64,000 nucleotides of DNA from Mytilus edulis (Eukaryota): positions 8,990,001-9,054,000 of the forward strand of contig NC_092347.1 of assembly GCF_963676685.1 (NCBI RefSeq), read 5' to 3'. Below, in pieces: positions 11,751 through 25,535 of the stretch. The first letter of the stretch is position 1, and the number at the start of each line of letters is the position of its first letter. Under the pieces are notes generated by a model. It did not search any database, was not told the origin of the DNA, and saw only the letters and a program-made list of their open reading frames with translations. A program made the translations under genes and the position numbers.

Positions 11751-13689
11751 TAGTAATAGAGACGGACAAAATAGATTCCTTAACAAACCTATGTGCCTTT
11801 TCTCCAGTGGTGTTTGTGCTCAGGACATTAAAGGCCGAGAGGACATTAAAGGCCGAGTTATAAATTCTGTGGTATGTAATAAGATAAATGCATTCCAGAA
11901 AGGCTTTAAATAGAGATGATGTGATAGCACTCTGGACGATGATTAAATTACTTAAATGCAGGATCCAATATATGATGGATGAGATGTGACATTGATGTGC
12001 CATAAAAACTAGACTTCAACACTATTTGTATTCATACAGCAATTATTGCAAATGTTTAAGACAAACAATCAAGTGTTTGGCAATGCAATGAAATAATTTG
12101 TATTTGTCTGTCGAGACAGTAATATATATAATCTTTTGATCTGATATATACTAATGAAAAAGACCAAACGTATTGTCAGAATGATTAAAATGTGGTTGAA
12201 ACAAAATTCAATCTGATTATTATGGAGATATTTCTGTATATGATTTGTCTATATCATTGTGCATCTTTGTTGATAGAATTTGGCAATCCATTTCAATTGC
12301 CAGAAGTTGTCAACCGAAATGAATATATCGGTCATTGAAAAAAAATTCCCCTGAAAAAGATGTTTTTACAAAATGCTTGTTTTTTTTACCTAATGCAAAT
12401 TAATCTAAAATGTTAAAGATGATAAGACGATGGCATTATTATCAGTGAATAGGTACACTGTTTAAAATATCTGGTTAAATGCTATTTTTTCATTCTCGCG
12501 TTTGACAAAGTATTAATTGAAACTTTTAATAGTGCACTAAAGAATTTAAGTTAACAGATTAATTAAGATGATACCATTATTAAGCGTATGAAAGCTGATT
12601 TTATGTAAGTTAGTTAATTTTGTATTATTATAATAACGTTTTAATTGATGTCTGGTTTCAACAGTAAGTCAATCACCTATTTTTGGGAATCTTAATAGTT
12701 AGGGACTTTCCGTTTTGAATTTTTCGTCGGAGTTCAGTATTTTTTGGATTTAACTTTTTATTCCAGTTGTTATCATTTCTTCAAAATAATTGTGTTTTCT
12801 AATCGATTATCATATAATTGAACGTCATTCGAGCGTTCGTTGCACATAAAAAAAAAGCGGAATGAAAACCTTTACTGTCCTTATCGAAAGATATTTTGGA
12901 ATTTCATCTTAGATAAATGTTATGAATGATAATCGTTAGAATGAAACCGCGATTGCCTAATTTAAAGCAAGCATACAGATGTTATCAGTTTAAGAATGCA
13001 GTGATCTAGTTACTTTGAGTTTATTCATTTTTTTAGTGGAAAAAGTAAGAACCTTCCGTATTGCTGAACTATGACCACTTAGATTTTATATTTTACTGAT
13101 TTTAAACACTATTGTGTACAACATATTCAGTAAAACTAAAAATACACGATATTCTTATTACGCATTTCATAGTAATGCAATAGTTCTCATAAATATATTA
13201 TAAATCCATAATTTTAATTTGTAATAATTATGCTTAGTAAGATTGTAAAATTAATAACGATATTCATAAAAAAATAAAGTTCACTTTTAATAATAAAATG
13301 ATTATAATATTTTCGATATTTAGCTTGATAGATCTATTCCAGTTATTCGAATTCGTTGTCCTCTACTAACCATAATTATGTCTATAAACTTTGCGAAAGG
13401 TGTTAATCTCGGACATTTACATGAACAAAAATAGGAAATGAAACTTCCAGTCAAATGAAAAATTCGAAATGTAAAAGACCTTAAGCTTTCCGAATAAAGG
13501 AAAACGACAACAGTCCACAAATATATATTTAAAATATGAAAAATACAACACAAATTTCATCCGAAATCGGATGTAAACTGATATGCTCCACGCACGGGTA
13601 AATAGTCCTTGCTCTTGTAGTTGTATTCGTCGTGTTTTCAATTGAAAAATAATTCGGTCATCATCAAACTGGGCCGTCACTCTTATAAT

Positions 13690-13750
13690 AAAATTAACGG
13701 TACCAACTTTCTTGCACCAGATGCGCATTTCGACAATCCATGTCTCTTCA
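13690..13750 (-). mobile_element. Truncated hammerhead/retrozyme fragment (third family)
   Basis: Minus strand: TGAAGA GACA-TGGAT-TGTC GAAA TGCGCA TC|TGGTGC; truncated at the first C of CUGANGA. Further decayed fragments at about 16283, 23365-23490 (and its duplicate 24763-24890), 26460-26650, 37840, 48365-48435 and 61965. Confidence 0.6.
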
Positions 13751-15278
13751 CACAAATGTAGTGTATAAAATAAATGAGATTTGTTGAAACTATTTAATAC
13801 AAATCAGAAAGAAGTCCTGTTTAAGACCTTAAGCTTCCAAACAGTTGAATTCTACGACCGTAATAAACCAAAAAGATTATTGAAACCATAAATTCAGTAT
13901 TTAAACGCTTTAAAGCATGTAAAAGACCAGTTGCGATTTCTGGACTGTTGGTGTAAAACATTGAAACATCCTTTTAGATTAATGAGCTTCCCTTATAATA
14001 TTGGTTAATGACAAACATCGCCATATATCATAGTTACCATCAATGCTACTCATAACTCAACAACTGAACAGTTTTTATATTTGAGCCAATTGGCATACAC
14101 TGTAGAATTGTAATACAATGGTTATTCCGAATATCAATCGTAATTGATTACGCGTTCTTACTCGTCATAAATGGATACATCGTTATTAAACATACAGATA
14201 TTACCAAAAGTTCAGAATGTATTTTAGAAAAAACAGTTAAGGATGCAAAAACACCAACATGTTAAATAAAGAATATCAAAATACATTGTAATATCATTTC
14301 TCAGAAATAATTCAGCCAGAAAAACAAAATGGCATCAACTATATCTTTTTCCTAAAATGGATTGTCAGAGGAAAAGACTGTAAAATATTGCTTTTTACAG
14401 CTTGCTTATTAAAAAAGCCGTCCTTTCGCTTTTAGAATATGGCAACCCCATGAATATAAAATGAAAATCTTCAAAATAATTTCAATCACGTAACAATATT
14501 ATCAACTTGAGCAATACAGCAGAATAAATTTAGATTAATAAATCTTACAGTATTAGTGACTTGTGTGGTCTTTTTTACTTTTATTTTAAGAACTATTCTG
14601 GAATGTTATTGTTGAAGACGACCGCAAAACTAGTACGGTACAAAATTATAATAACGTTTACTTATATGTTTTAAAACCTATTATTTCCATTCTGAATATG
14701 TTGTTTGACTTTATTATTGTAAACTCATGTGACATGACTTTACTTTGTTTTAACATTGATCAAGTTGTTTTGTAATGATAATTTTGAAATAAAATTTATT
14801 TTAATAAATTAAGATTAACCCTATTAGCATATAAAAAACAGACTTCATTTTAGATTCCGATCCTTTGAGGTTTTTGTTGTTCAGTCGTTAATTGTCATGC
14901 AGAAAGTGTTTGTCGTTCCCTTCTGTTTTATATCTTGCCATTACTTTGTTGGTATTTCTTTGAAATATGAATTTTTTATTGCCCCTTTGGTATTTTCTGC
15001 CTCTTTTGTGTAACAGTGTAATAGGTAGTATTTTGAGCGACCATCGATGACTTCACAAGGTCTGAATTATATTTTATTTACTATCTTTTGAGGGATGGGC
15101 AGAACCTGTTTTCGTCAATGGTCAAAAAGAATTTGCATTCAATTGTTTGGATGTTGCGTTAATCTGATCAACACTATATCCTTCGTTTCAAAAGTCTGAT
15201 GAAGCGTGCAAAGGAACGAAAATACGAAAATAAACCATTAACGGTCATTTTCCGAGTTTGTAGTTTATCAATGTTTAA

Positions 15279-15869
15279 GGTAGATTCATGGTATACCGCC
15301 ATATTGGATTGTACAATCACAGTACAAAATTGGTCTAGTTATTTGCCCAAATCAGCAAATGTGTAAACAGATTTGTAATTTAATGGTTAGACTGTTTATT
15401 TATATAAGATAAACTTGTTAATCTATTGTGTTATTCAAAATTTTTTAACAAATACCAAATTTTTTGATTTTGAAAATCATTTTTTTCAAATGAGCCATTT
15501 AAGGGGAGATAACTCTTTTAGTACAAAATTTATACTGGGCTGATAGGGAAATTTTTTATTTTTACCTGTGGCAATAAAACAAGTTCGGTGACACCATGTT
15601 TTCTTTTTATTTTCTTAAAACATATTATGAAAACTATCTACTCACAATTTATTTCAAAATTCTATCTCATAGAAATTTTTTTATGCACTCTTATGTGTTT
15701 TTTCATGAACAAACTAACCAAATTTAGGCAATTTTCAACGACTCATAGCTTGAAAAATAGCACGGTGACCAATACTTTTTATTATATTTTTGACAAAAGC
15801 ATATTAAATTTTCATTTTGGCAAATTATAAGAAAATTCTGTCTCAAAAAACATTTACTTATGATCTACC
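15279..15869. mobile_element. TTAA-targeting MITE (Kolobok-like), 591 bp
   Basis: TTAA|GGTAGATTCAT ... ATGATCTACC|TTAA. Confidence 0.78.
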
Positions 15870-16569
15870 TTAAATCTCGTCTACTAACAAGGGGCAAATC
15901 AAGTTTTCAATAAAAGCTGAAGAAACATATAACTGAATTCAATCCAAGTTTCGTGGTAAAAGGTTATTATCAATTCTTAAATATATTCATTGAAGAAGAC
16001 ATGAGAAAAGTTTGATTTATCAACCTTTAAACACATAAGTAATAATGTTTGGTCCATTCATAGGATATGCAGCATAACGTGAATATTTGATTCCAAATTC
16101 CTATTTCGATACTCTATTTGTAAATTACTTCGGGTATATGATTTTTTTTAAAGCCAGTTTACTTTTCTACATTATTTATGCAAATACATTATATTAAAAA
16201 TTGTCGAATCCCGATGTGAAAACTGAATTATTATTAGCATTTCTCTTGAACTTGATTTGACCTTTTATATTTTTATTTGAGGGTCAGTGATGAATCTTTT
16301 GTAGACGAAACGTATACAATTTTATTCTTGTTTCTTTAATAAGTTGTGTTTTAAAGAATATTCCGGGAATATCAAACAAATTAAGATAGAAGAAATTTTA
16401 CAAGTAAAAGTTTTTTTAGCGCTATACGAACCAAATTTGCCTAGAATTCATATCATACATTTGTAAAGGAAACGGTATGGTGGGTGCAACGAACAAAACG
16501 GAACGCAGCTATGGTTACCTGTAAAATTTGACAATGAAATATGATATACAAGGCTTAAGGCCTTTAGTT

Positions 16570-16750
16570 TTCTTGTTTGAATTGTTTTACATTGTCTTAT
16601 CGGGGCCTTTTATAGTTGACTATGCGGTATGGGCTTTGCTCATTGTTGAAGGCCGTACGGTGACCTATAGTTGTTAATGTCTGTGTCATTTTGGTCTCTT
16701 GTGGACAGTTGTCTCATTGGCAATCATACCACATCTTCTTTTTTTTTATA
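16570..16750 (+). repeat. Abundant interspersed repeat family C (TTGAATTGTTTTACATTGTC...GACTATGCGGTATGGGCTTTGCTCATTG...GTCTCATTGGC)
   Basis: Second copy at 57843-57990; partial minus-strand copies at 51888-51995 and about 57120. Confidence 0.85.
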
Positions 16751-19700
16751 TTAGAATTTCAATCACCAGGAGCTAGTTCATTCTATTCGAGAATCGTCAG
16801 TGATGGAAATGAGAATGTACCACAAAGACCGCAACCGGACCAAAGATCAGAAAAAGGAACAAGGCCACTGTCCCGAACCATATTTTTCTTTCATTTAGTG
16901 GAATAAGTAACAAGGAGGACAGAAGATACCAAAAAGGAAAATTATAAACTTAAGTGTGATGAAAACAGTCCACTAACCAAAATAATGAAATTACAAAATA
17001 CAGTCTTTAAAGTACTGCCAAACAAACTACACACAGTCGATGTTGTTACACTTCATGATGCACTACCTTAAATCAAAATTTTATAATTATACGGGACGGA
17101 CGCCTAATACGGAAACAGAATCATCATTATAATCATATTCCGAATGAAAATAAATCATATTTACATAAACAATTAAACAAGTAAAAGAAAAAAAAAGAAA
17201 AAGATGCAGATCATATTACGACATCATGCATGTACAAAACATATCACATATCCTATGTTTTCGTTATGTTGAATTCATTGTTTGTACATATAAAGATTAA
17301 AGTATAAAAAAGTATCATATTTGAAGGTTATTCTGTCAACTGGATACTAGCGAATATCGTAAAAACTTGAGTACATATATTCCTTCAGTCCATTTTTAGT
17401 TTAAAAAAATCGGTTTAAACTAATTTCATTAAAAACATATTGTTTTACGTAGAAATCCTATACCTCCGCAACATCTCCAGTAGGGAATCATCAAACGCTA
17501 TCTGAACCTTTTAAATAAAAGTGCTTATAGGCTGATACTGGAGGGAATGGGTAAAATAAAAAAAAAACGACTATTTGATTGTGTTTTAATCTCAAGGAAA
17601 AAAGTTCCATTACTTTAGATCAACAGATACAATTCATTAAAACAAAAACATGCAAGATCACAAACTTGATTAAGTTGGTCAGAATTTATTTGAATTAAGA
17701 GTAAGGAAAGTTTGAAATCAAGAATAAATAGGAGACCTTAGAGACGAAATTTACTGGAACGACATTAATAAGACAGTTGATTCTATAATGTACTTGTAGT
17801 AGTTATAGTTTCAACATTTAAAAACAGTATGAATATAAAAAATAGATATATAAAAAATATGAATATTAATAACAGATATACTATCAATAAAAGTATGAAA
17901 ATTAAAGACATATATCCTATTCATAACTCAATTAGGATGAATGATAAATCTGATCAAATGAATTAAGGACATCTTAAGGACATCTTCAGAAGCATGCAAT
18001 GTAATAGCGTTTTCTGACTGATGTAGTAGATAGCCATCTTTTACCTGCTTGAAACACAATGTTTAACCTACGTTTAAACTTTGAAACGGATGAAAATGTC
18101 AATAACTTAAAGTGTTCAAACCAGTCTTGTCTGCATAATAATGTTATCACTGCTTTATTCTCTTGATGGCATGTATGTTCAAATAACGGCATCGACGTTT
18201 ATGAGCATGAGAAAACCACATCTAACAGCAATACATTTACGCTACAAACGATTGGCCTGCAACTGTTTACATTTTACAATACCTATAAACCTGATTCAAA
18301 GAATAAAGACTAGAAAATATGTTGTAAATTGCCTTAACATGATTTCGTCACACGAATGAAGTCAGAAACTGTACGGATATCTTCAAAGGGGAAAACATAA
18401 TTTTGTTAATTGACAAGGCTTTCGCCTTTTATGATCTGTTTTTTCATTGCCTTGTATGTTTGATAGAGATGAAGTTGCAGAACTAGACAAATCTCATAAA
18501 TTACTTCAAGTTTTATGATCGTATGTTATCATACAGACAAAAAGCAAAGCCATTAATCATCACGCACGTATAGACGATACCGAATATAATGATTAAAATA
18601 TGGTGAACAACCTTATGACAAACGGCTCATTTGGTCTGGGTGCATCTACAATATTGGCCAAACAATTATAAATCAGACACGAACTATTCAACTGATGATC
18701 AACCTCTGCTTTTTTTTTGTCCTTTATAATGGCAATATTCTGTTTCGAACAACACAAAAAAGAAATAGTAAATGGGTAATCAATCTCGTATTATGACAGA
18801 TATATCAAAATAATATTTATGTATAGTTCTTACATCAGCCATTTGTTATGCTCTACCTTGTATAGTTAGACCAGCAATATTATTTAAACATTCAATCATC
18901 AGTTTCTAAATTACATCGTTACAAATTGGTTTATATATGAATACATAAGAAGACCCTAAATATAGGCCATTTGGTTAGACATATGAAAGTTTACACGATA
19001 AAAGAAAAGAATTCCGAACCTGCACTAAAATGGCAACTTACATTAATAAAAATGTGTCGAACGAGGGAAACAATAATAAATCAATTATGAGAGTTATATA
19101 GGATAATGGTTTAAATGAAAATAAGATATTAACGATGGACGCAAAAGTCGAAACGCAATTATTGTTGATTTTCAGTAGAATTTTTTTTTCTGGATTTGAA
19201 CTATCAAAATGTTCCCTTTTGTTTTCTAATACCAAACATGTAAACAAGCAATGTCAATATCAAACTAAATTTGGATATGTTTGGATGTTTGGTTCAAAGG
19301 AGTAAATAGTGGATGAAATATCAGTATTTTGATATCTGTAATAACTCGACCTTTGATCAAGAGATCGAACATGAAAAACCAATAGGGATCATTTTTGACG
19401 TAAGGCACATTATCCACACGGTATTGTAAATATCTGATTAATCGTTTACAAAAATCCAAAAACACCTTCAAAATAGCTGATAAACAACTTCAACCTACAA
19501 CAAATATGCAATCTTCTTGTAAAGTTTCAGGAATATATATGGCTTGATGTCACAAAACATGTAGTCCCTAAAATTAATCAAGAAAAATCCTCAAACTAGC
19601 CTAAATTAGCTGGTGAAGATTTTTTTACTGATATTTTTATTGATTCAACCCAATTTTCATGAAAGGTAACTTTTATTCTGTTTAATTAATAACTGATTGT

Positions 19701-22349
19701 GTAACTCATTTTCCCATATATCTTAGAACTCGAAGAATTGATAGATTGGACAGTTAAGGAAGCATACATCATGTATGTCCAATCTGTGTCGTAAATCAGA
19801 TTACCTCACATAACTCAGTATTGATTAGCTCTCAGCACGAACCGTTAATTAATCGACAGGAAATATTTCCTCTCTAAACTTAATTACTTATCTACCGCTC
19901 TTAATCATATTGTACTCCAGAATCCTGCAATGTGTCCGATCAACTTTACTGATTACGTTGTCCCCTGTGATTTTCTTCAATTTTAGTTCCTTGTCTCAGC
20001 AAATTCTTTTGTTGTAAAATTTTTCCAGAGACTAATTGGTGACAATTAGCACTAACGATCGGAAACACATATTGCGCACGGGTATCAAAACATAATTTAA
20101 CATGTTAGATAAAATCAGTGGAAGTGCATACTGTTAAGACTTGTGTCAATCTGATTAAAATCAGATCCTTTCACTTAGTTGCATTGGAAACGCGCAGTAG
20201 TACTCAGACGAATTTTCATATTTGGTCATGTTCGAGTCATGTTTTGTTTCTTTTAGTTGCTTATTTACAGATTGCCCGATTTACTTTAATTGAATCGCTA
20301 TAGTTGCTGGCATGTTTGAATTGTCTATTGTGTATTTTTTCGAACACGAAAGAACTGACTGAGATAGAGACCTATAGTCATCCGTATTTCTTCCATCCAT
20401 TTATAACAAAAATACGTTCAAAACAGAATACAATTATTTGCAGTCATGGAGGATTATAATTGATACAATATATCTTATGACACAATCTGTATTCGTTTTT
20501 TGTAATACTCAAAGTCAGTATATTTCAAACAGACTGTCGGTACCTACTTATAACGTCTTCTTTTAACAGTGACACTTCAAATTCTCTACCGTTCTTCCCG
20601 ATAAACATACTTTGCAGCACCCATCTACTATGTCTTTAATGTTTTTGTTAAAATTGTTCTTTTCCTGACTTAACATAAATTTGTTTCTAATGGACATCGA
20701 AAAACAACTGTCGATCAAGCAATCATTGTTCTTGTCTCTTTTGAGCTACACGATAATGCAATTTTGTTATTGGTCTGTTAATAAAAAAAGTTCCCTTTAC
20801 TTATATCGTTAGTTTGTGTTTCTCGTACTACCGTATTATCTATCATGATATCATCTATCTGTTTATACGCTATTCTCTCTTTAAACGACTGACATTGTAC
20901 ACTTATCATAACATTGCATAATTTAATTACAAAACGAAAAAAACAATTGTACCATAGAAATACTAACATTGTGATAAAACACTTTATTAAGTGCACCAAC
21001 ACATTCACTTTCCTTTCTTAATTTCGAGGATAGTTCTCCTGAATTTGCAAAGATTGATTACACAAAAATGACTGAAAAATTGATGTTCATGTTGATTAAA
21101 ATACTTCTTTATTAAAAGTAAATATGATAATTTTTTTTATGTTGCAACGATTTTAGATGAAACAAACCAAACCATATGAGGTTGTCCATGTGTATCATGT
21201 TGCTGGGCAAACATGTACCTGATAACAGATTCAGTATAATATTTTTTTTATAATTATGACTTAGCTATTTAATGAACCATGAAATCATTATCGTTCTATT
21301 GAAGTGGGCACAATTCACGATAAACTTTTGAATCTGTTGACTGGAATGTTACAAAAACCACATATTTAGTTTTTATTGACACGAAGAGATTATTGTTCCT
21401 TTAAATTGTATCAATACACAACTGTGAGTATTCATATGTGTTGTATGTAGCATGTGGTCAGATCTGAATTATTATAATTTTTAAAGCTTGTATCATTCTT
21501 GTAAGAAATGTTTGCTTCGATAGAAAACCGTTTAGTTTTCTCATTCTGTTGTAGTTCTACTGTAATCACTTCATTTCCGGACGGAGTTGACAAATGACAA
21601 GATTGAATTATCACTGGACGCTAGGACGAAGCTTTAGTAATGTCAATGACATATATGTATCTAACTGTATTCTATCATTTGGACGGATCCGTTCTGACTT
21701 GATTAAAACAAAATTGTTAATCCATTTTGATAATCAAATTATAATTTAGTACTAATACAGAAATTATTAGCATTTTAAGATGATATGCGATTCTGTATAA
21801 TTTCTTTAAAAAAGTAACACACGAGTGATCTATTAGAAATAATCCAAAAAAATAGCATAACAGGATCCACACGAACATTCCTATGTGTAGCTTCCTCTAA
21901 AAAAATGATTAAAAATGGTTTGATGAAGGTAAGTTGGTATTCTGAACCAATTACATTGAGTGGACAATCTGATCGATATCGTAGTCACATCAATTGTTTG
22001 CGATTTTTTGTTACCATTATCCTTTCCCCATTTTAAAAATTAAACCGTTTTTCATTGAGGAATTATCAGTATTTTTACAAATTTGGCAGCTATTATTGTT
22101 CTATCTTAGGTGTCTATGATGTCTTTCAACGTTACAGGTCATCCCTTTTATGGATGTAGATTTATCTTGTTCACCATCATCCTTACGTGGAAATAAGACC
22201 AATATTGGGCCCGGATCTGCGTCGCTGCATGTGATTGATTTGGGTCGCATATATACTGAAGTATAACTGATCATTCCCTTTATTTGAAGACAAGCAAGGT
22301 TTGATGAAAAATGTCACTATCGATGGCCACACAGTATATGTAAACATTG

Positions 22350-22871
22350 GTAGCTCGCGGTAAGCAGATCCTTCTCCACATGTGGCACCCGTTGTGTTGC
22401 TTATGTGGTGAAAACAAATCCGGTAAATGCTCTAATTCGGTAGGTCACATTTATGAAAGGGAAGGGGATTGTAGTTTCGACGTAAGAAAAATATCCGATA
22501 TCATTAGTGAAATGGTTATTCCATAACGGTCAACCAACTCGTGATGGCGTCCGTAAAATTTACGAAGGGATGATTTCAACTTCACCATTTGGAACTCTTG
22601 GTTTAATATCTCTTTGTGAGAAAATCATGATAGGAAATGGAAGCACGGGAATATCGTATCAATTGGGAGATATATACCCCGTATGCAGGTGCTGTTGGAA
22701 TGTTGCTATTTAGAAATGGAAAATTCACAATTGGAAAAATGACATCATCTCTTTTGTCGTAAAGTTTTGTTTTCAACCGATCCTGATTGTCAATTTCTGG
22801 ATGTAAGTCAAAATATGAGGCCGACTTAACTGTATCCTTGATATCTAATTCGATGGGATAGATGCGTTCAA
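22350..22871 (-). mobile_element. Penelope-like retroelement remnant (C-terminal RT region plus 3' tail), pseudogenic
   Basis: Translation IYPIELDIKDT..SASYFDL..LKTKLYDKRDD..FPIVNFPFL.SNIP.APAYGVYISQLIRYSRAS is typical of the PLE RT thumb/linker region; 5'-truncated with deletions. Confidence 0.78.
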
Positions 22872-25535
22872 ACTGCAAATCAAAATGTAAACCATTCCGT
22901 TATTTTCAAGTAGGAAAGCAACTTTGACGAACATAATATTCCTACCAAAGATGATTTGTACAGACGAGCTGCTTTCGGATTCGGTGACAAATGTAGAAAT
23001 AAACACATTTGGTTAGGCTGATTTATGCTAAGAAGGTTGATAGATAAGGACAAGGAATTTATGGTGTTTTTTGCGATATTTTAAATTTGATGATTCAAGT
23101 TCTAATTATCTCTCGTTTTGTTTCTTAGCATCCCTTTTTCAAATGCATTTTGATGTTCCGGGCTTCCTTGTTCAAACTGTTTTCAATATATTTTCGTCTC
23201 ATTTCATTTATATCATTCACAACGTTCCTTACAGATGTTCACCACACATGTTCTTCCTGTTTGAAATTATGTTCGGTAATTAGATTATGAAAATATTTTT
23301 TTTTTTTTTGCATGGTACAACAGGGATTATCACACGCTGCTTACAGACTGTATGATCGTGGATAGACTCATCATAGATACCAGGATTTAAATGTTGTACT
23401 TATGCCAGACGTGAGTTTTGTCTACAACAGACGCACCAATGACGCTCGAAAAACAAAAAGGTCAAACAAATAACTAATTTGAAGAGCCTTACGTTTTGCC
23501 AAATACAAGGTATGCTACTCCTGACGCTTTATATTTCTTTGCAATGATTCTACTACGAATGCGTCAGTTCTTTACCTGGCGTGTTGATGCTGTTTTGTTT
23601 TCTTACTTTTTTCAGCACTAAAGTATTATTTTCATTTTTTTTAAGTCTTACTTTTTTTGCTGCGTATGTTCGAATTCATATGTGCAATAAAAGAGGACGA
23701 CGGCATTAAAAAAGTCAATGTCTTCCAAAAATGACGTTACATCCCATTAAAATAGGTGTCATTATTGCCTTTTCCGTATTCAGTGAGCCACTTATACAAA
23801 TAGATAAGGAGATATGTGTATGATACAACACCCTCTCACTTTGAATGTGATAATAAGTCACTTTTAGCCCGCCAATGAGGCTTACATTACTTATAACACT
23901 TTTCATTTATAATAAAGACAGGATACCACGTTTTGAAATTTTTCGCTTGTTCACCATTCACGAGTCTGTTTATGTCTCGGTATCATATATTGATGTGATT
24001 CTGAGAGAACGGAAGTGTTATACGGACAGATTATGGTAACTTAAATTACTAAAACATTGAATGCAACCATCATCAACCACACATTGATTATAATTTGATA
24101 AACAATGAATCTGTAAAGAATTAGTTTGCCAACGAATGACATCATCTCTTTTGTCGTAAAGTTTTGTTTTCAACCGATCCTGATTGTCAATTTCTGGATG
24201 TAAGTCAAAATATGAGGCCGACTTAACTGTATCCTTGATATCTAATTCGATGGGATAGATGCGTTCAAACTGCAAATCAAAATGTAAACCATTCCGTTAT
24301 TTTCAAGTAGGAAAGCAACTTTGACGAACATAATATTCCTACCAAAGATGATTTGTACAGACGAGCTGCTTTCGGATTCGGTGAAAAAATGTAGAAATAA
24401 TCACATTTGGTTAGGCTGATTTATGCTAAGAAGGTTGATAGATAAGGACAAGGAATTTATGGTGTTTTTTGCGATATTTTAAATTTGATGATTCAAGTTT
24501 TAATTATCTCTCGTTTTGTTTCTTAGCATCCCTTTTTCAAATGCATTTTGATGTTCCGGGCTTCCTTGTTCAAACTGTTTTCAATATATTTTCGTCTCAT
24601 TTCATTGATATCATTTACAACGTTCCTTACAGATGTTCACCACACATGTTCTTCCTGTTTGAAATTATGTTCGGTAATTAGATTATGAAAATATTTTTTT
24701 TTTTTTGCATGGTACAACAGTGATTATCACACGCTGCTTACAGACTGTATGATCGTGGATAGACTCATCATAGATACCAGGATTTAAATGTTGTACTTAT
24801 GCCAGACGTGAGTTTTGTCTACAACAGACGCACCAATGACGCTCGAAAAACAAAAAGGTCAAACAAATAACTAATTTGAAGAGCCTTACGTTTTGCCAAA
24901 TACAAGGTATGCTACTCCTGACGCTTTATATTTCTTTGCAATGATTCTACTACGAATGCGTCAGTTCTTTACCTGGCGTGTTGATGCTGTTTTGTTTTCT
25001 TACTTTTTTCAGCACTAAAAGTATTATTTTCATTTTTTTTAAGTCTTACTTTTTTTGCTGCGTATGTTCGAATTCATATGTGCAATAAAAGAGGACGACG
25101 GCATTAAAAAAGTCAATGTCTTCCAAAAATGACGTTACATCCCATTAAAATAGGTGTCATTATTGCCTTTTCCGTATTCAGTGAGCCACTTATACAAATA
25201 GATAAGGAGATATGTGTATGATACAACACCCTCTCACTTTGAATGTGATAATAAGTCACTTTTAGCCCGCCAATGAGGCTTACATTACTTATAACACTTT
25301 TCATTTATAATAAAGACAGGATACCACGTTTTGAAATTTTTCGCTTGTTCACCATTCACGAGTCTGTTTATGTTTCGGTATCATATATTGATGTGATTCT
25401 GAGAGAACGGAAGTGTTATACGGACAGATTATGGTAACTTAAATGACTAAAACATTGAATGCAACCATCATCAACCACACATTGATTATAATTTGATAAA
25501 CAATGAATCTGTAAAGAATTAGTTTGCCAACGAAT
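22738..25535. repeat. Near-identical tandem duplication, unit about 1397 bp (22738-24137 and 24135-25535)
   Basis: Only a handful of substitutions and homopolymer differences; duplicated ORFs in the track (23071/24469, 23715/25113); 3-bp AAT junction microhomology. Confidence 0.97.

Noticed and set aside
15194-15230. CTGATGA...GAAA hammerhead-like string
   Set aside because: Stems I, II and III cannot be formed and there is no retrozyme flank.
23071-25304. Paired identical ORFs suggesting a gene family
   Set aside because: Explained by the recent 1.4-kb duplication; the peptides have no coding hallmarks.
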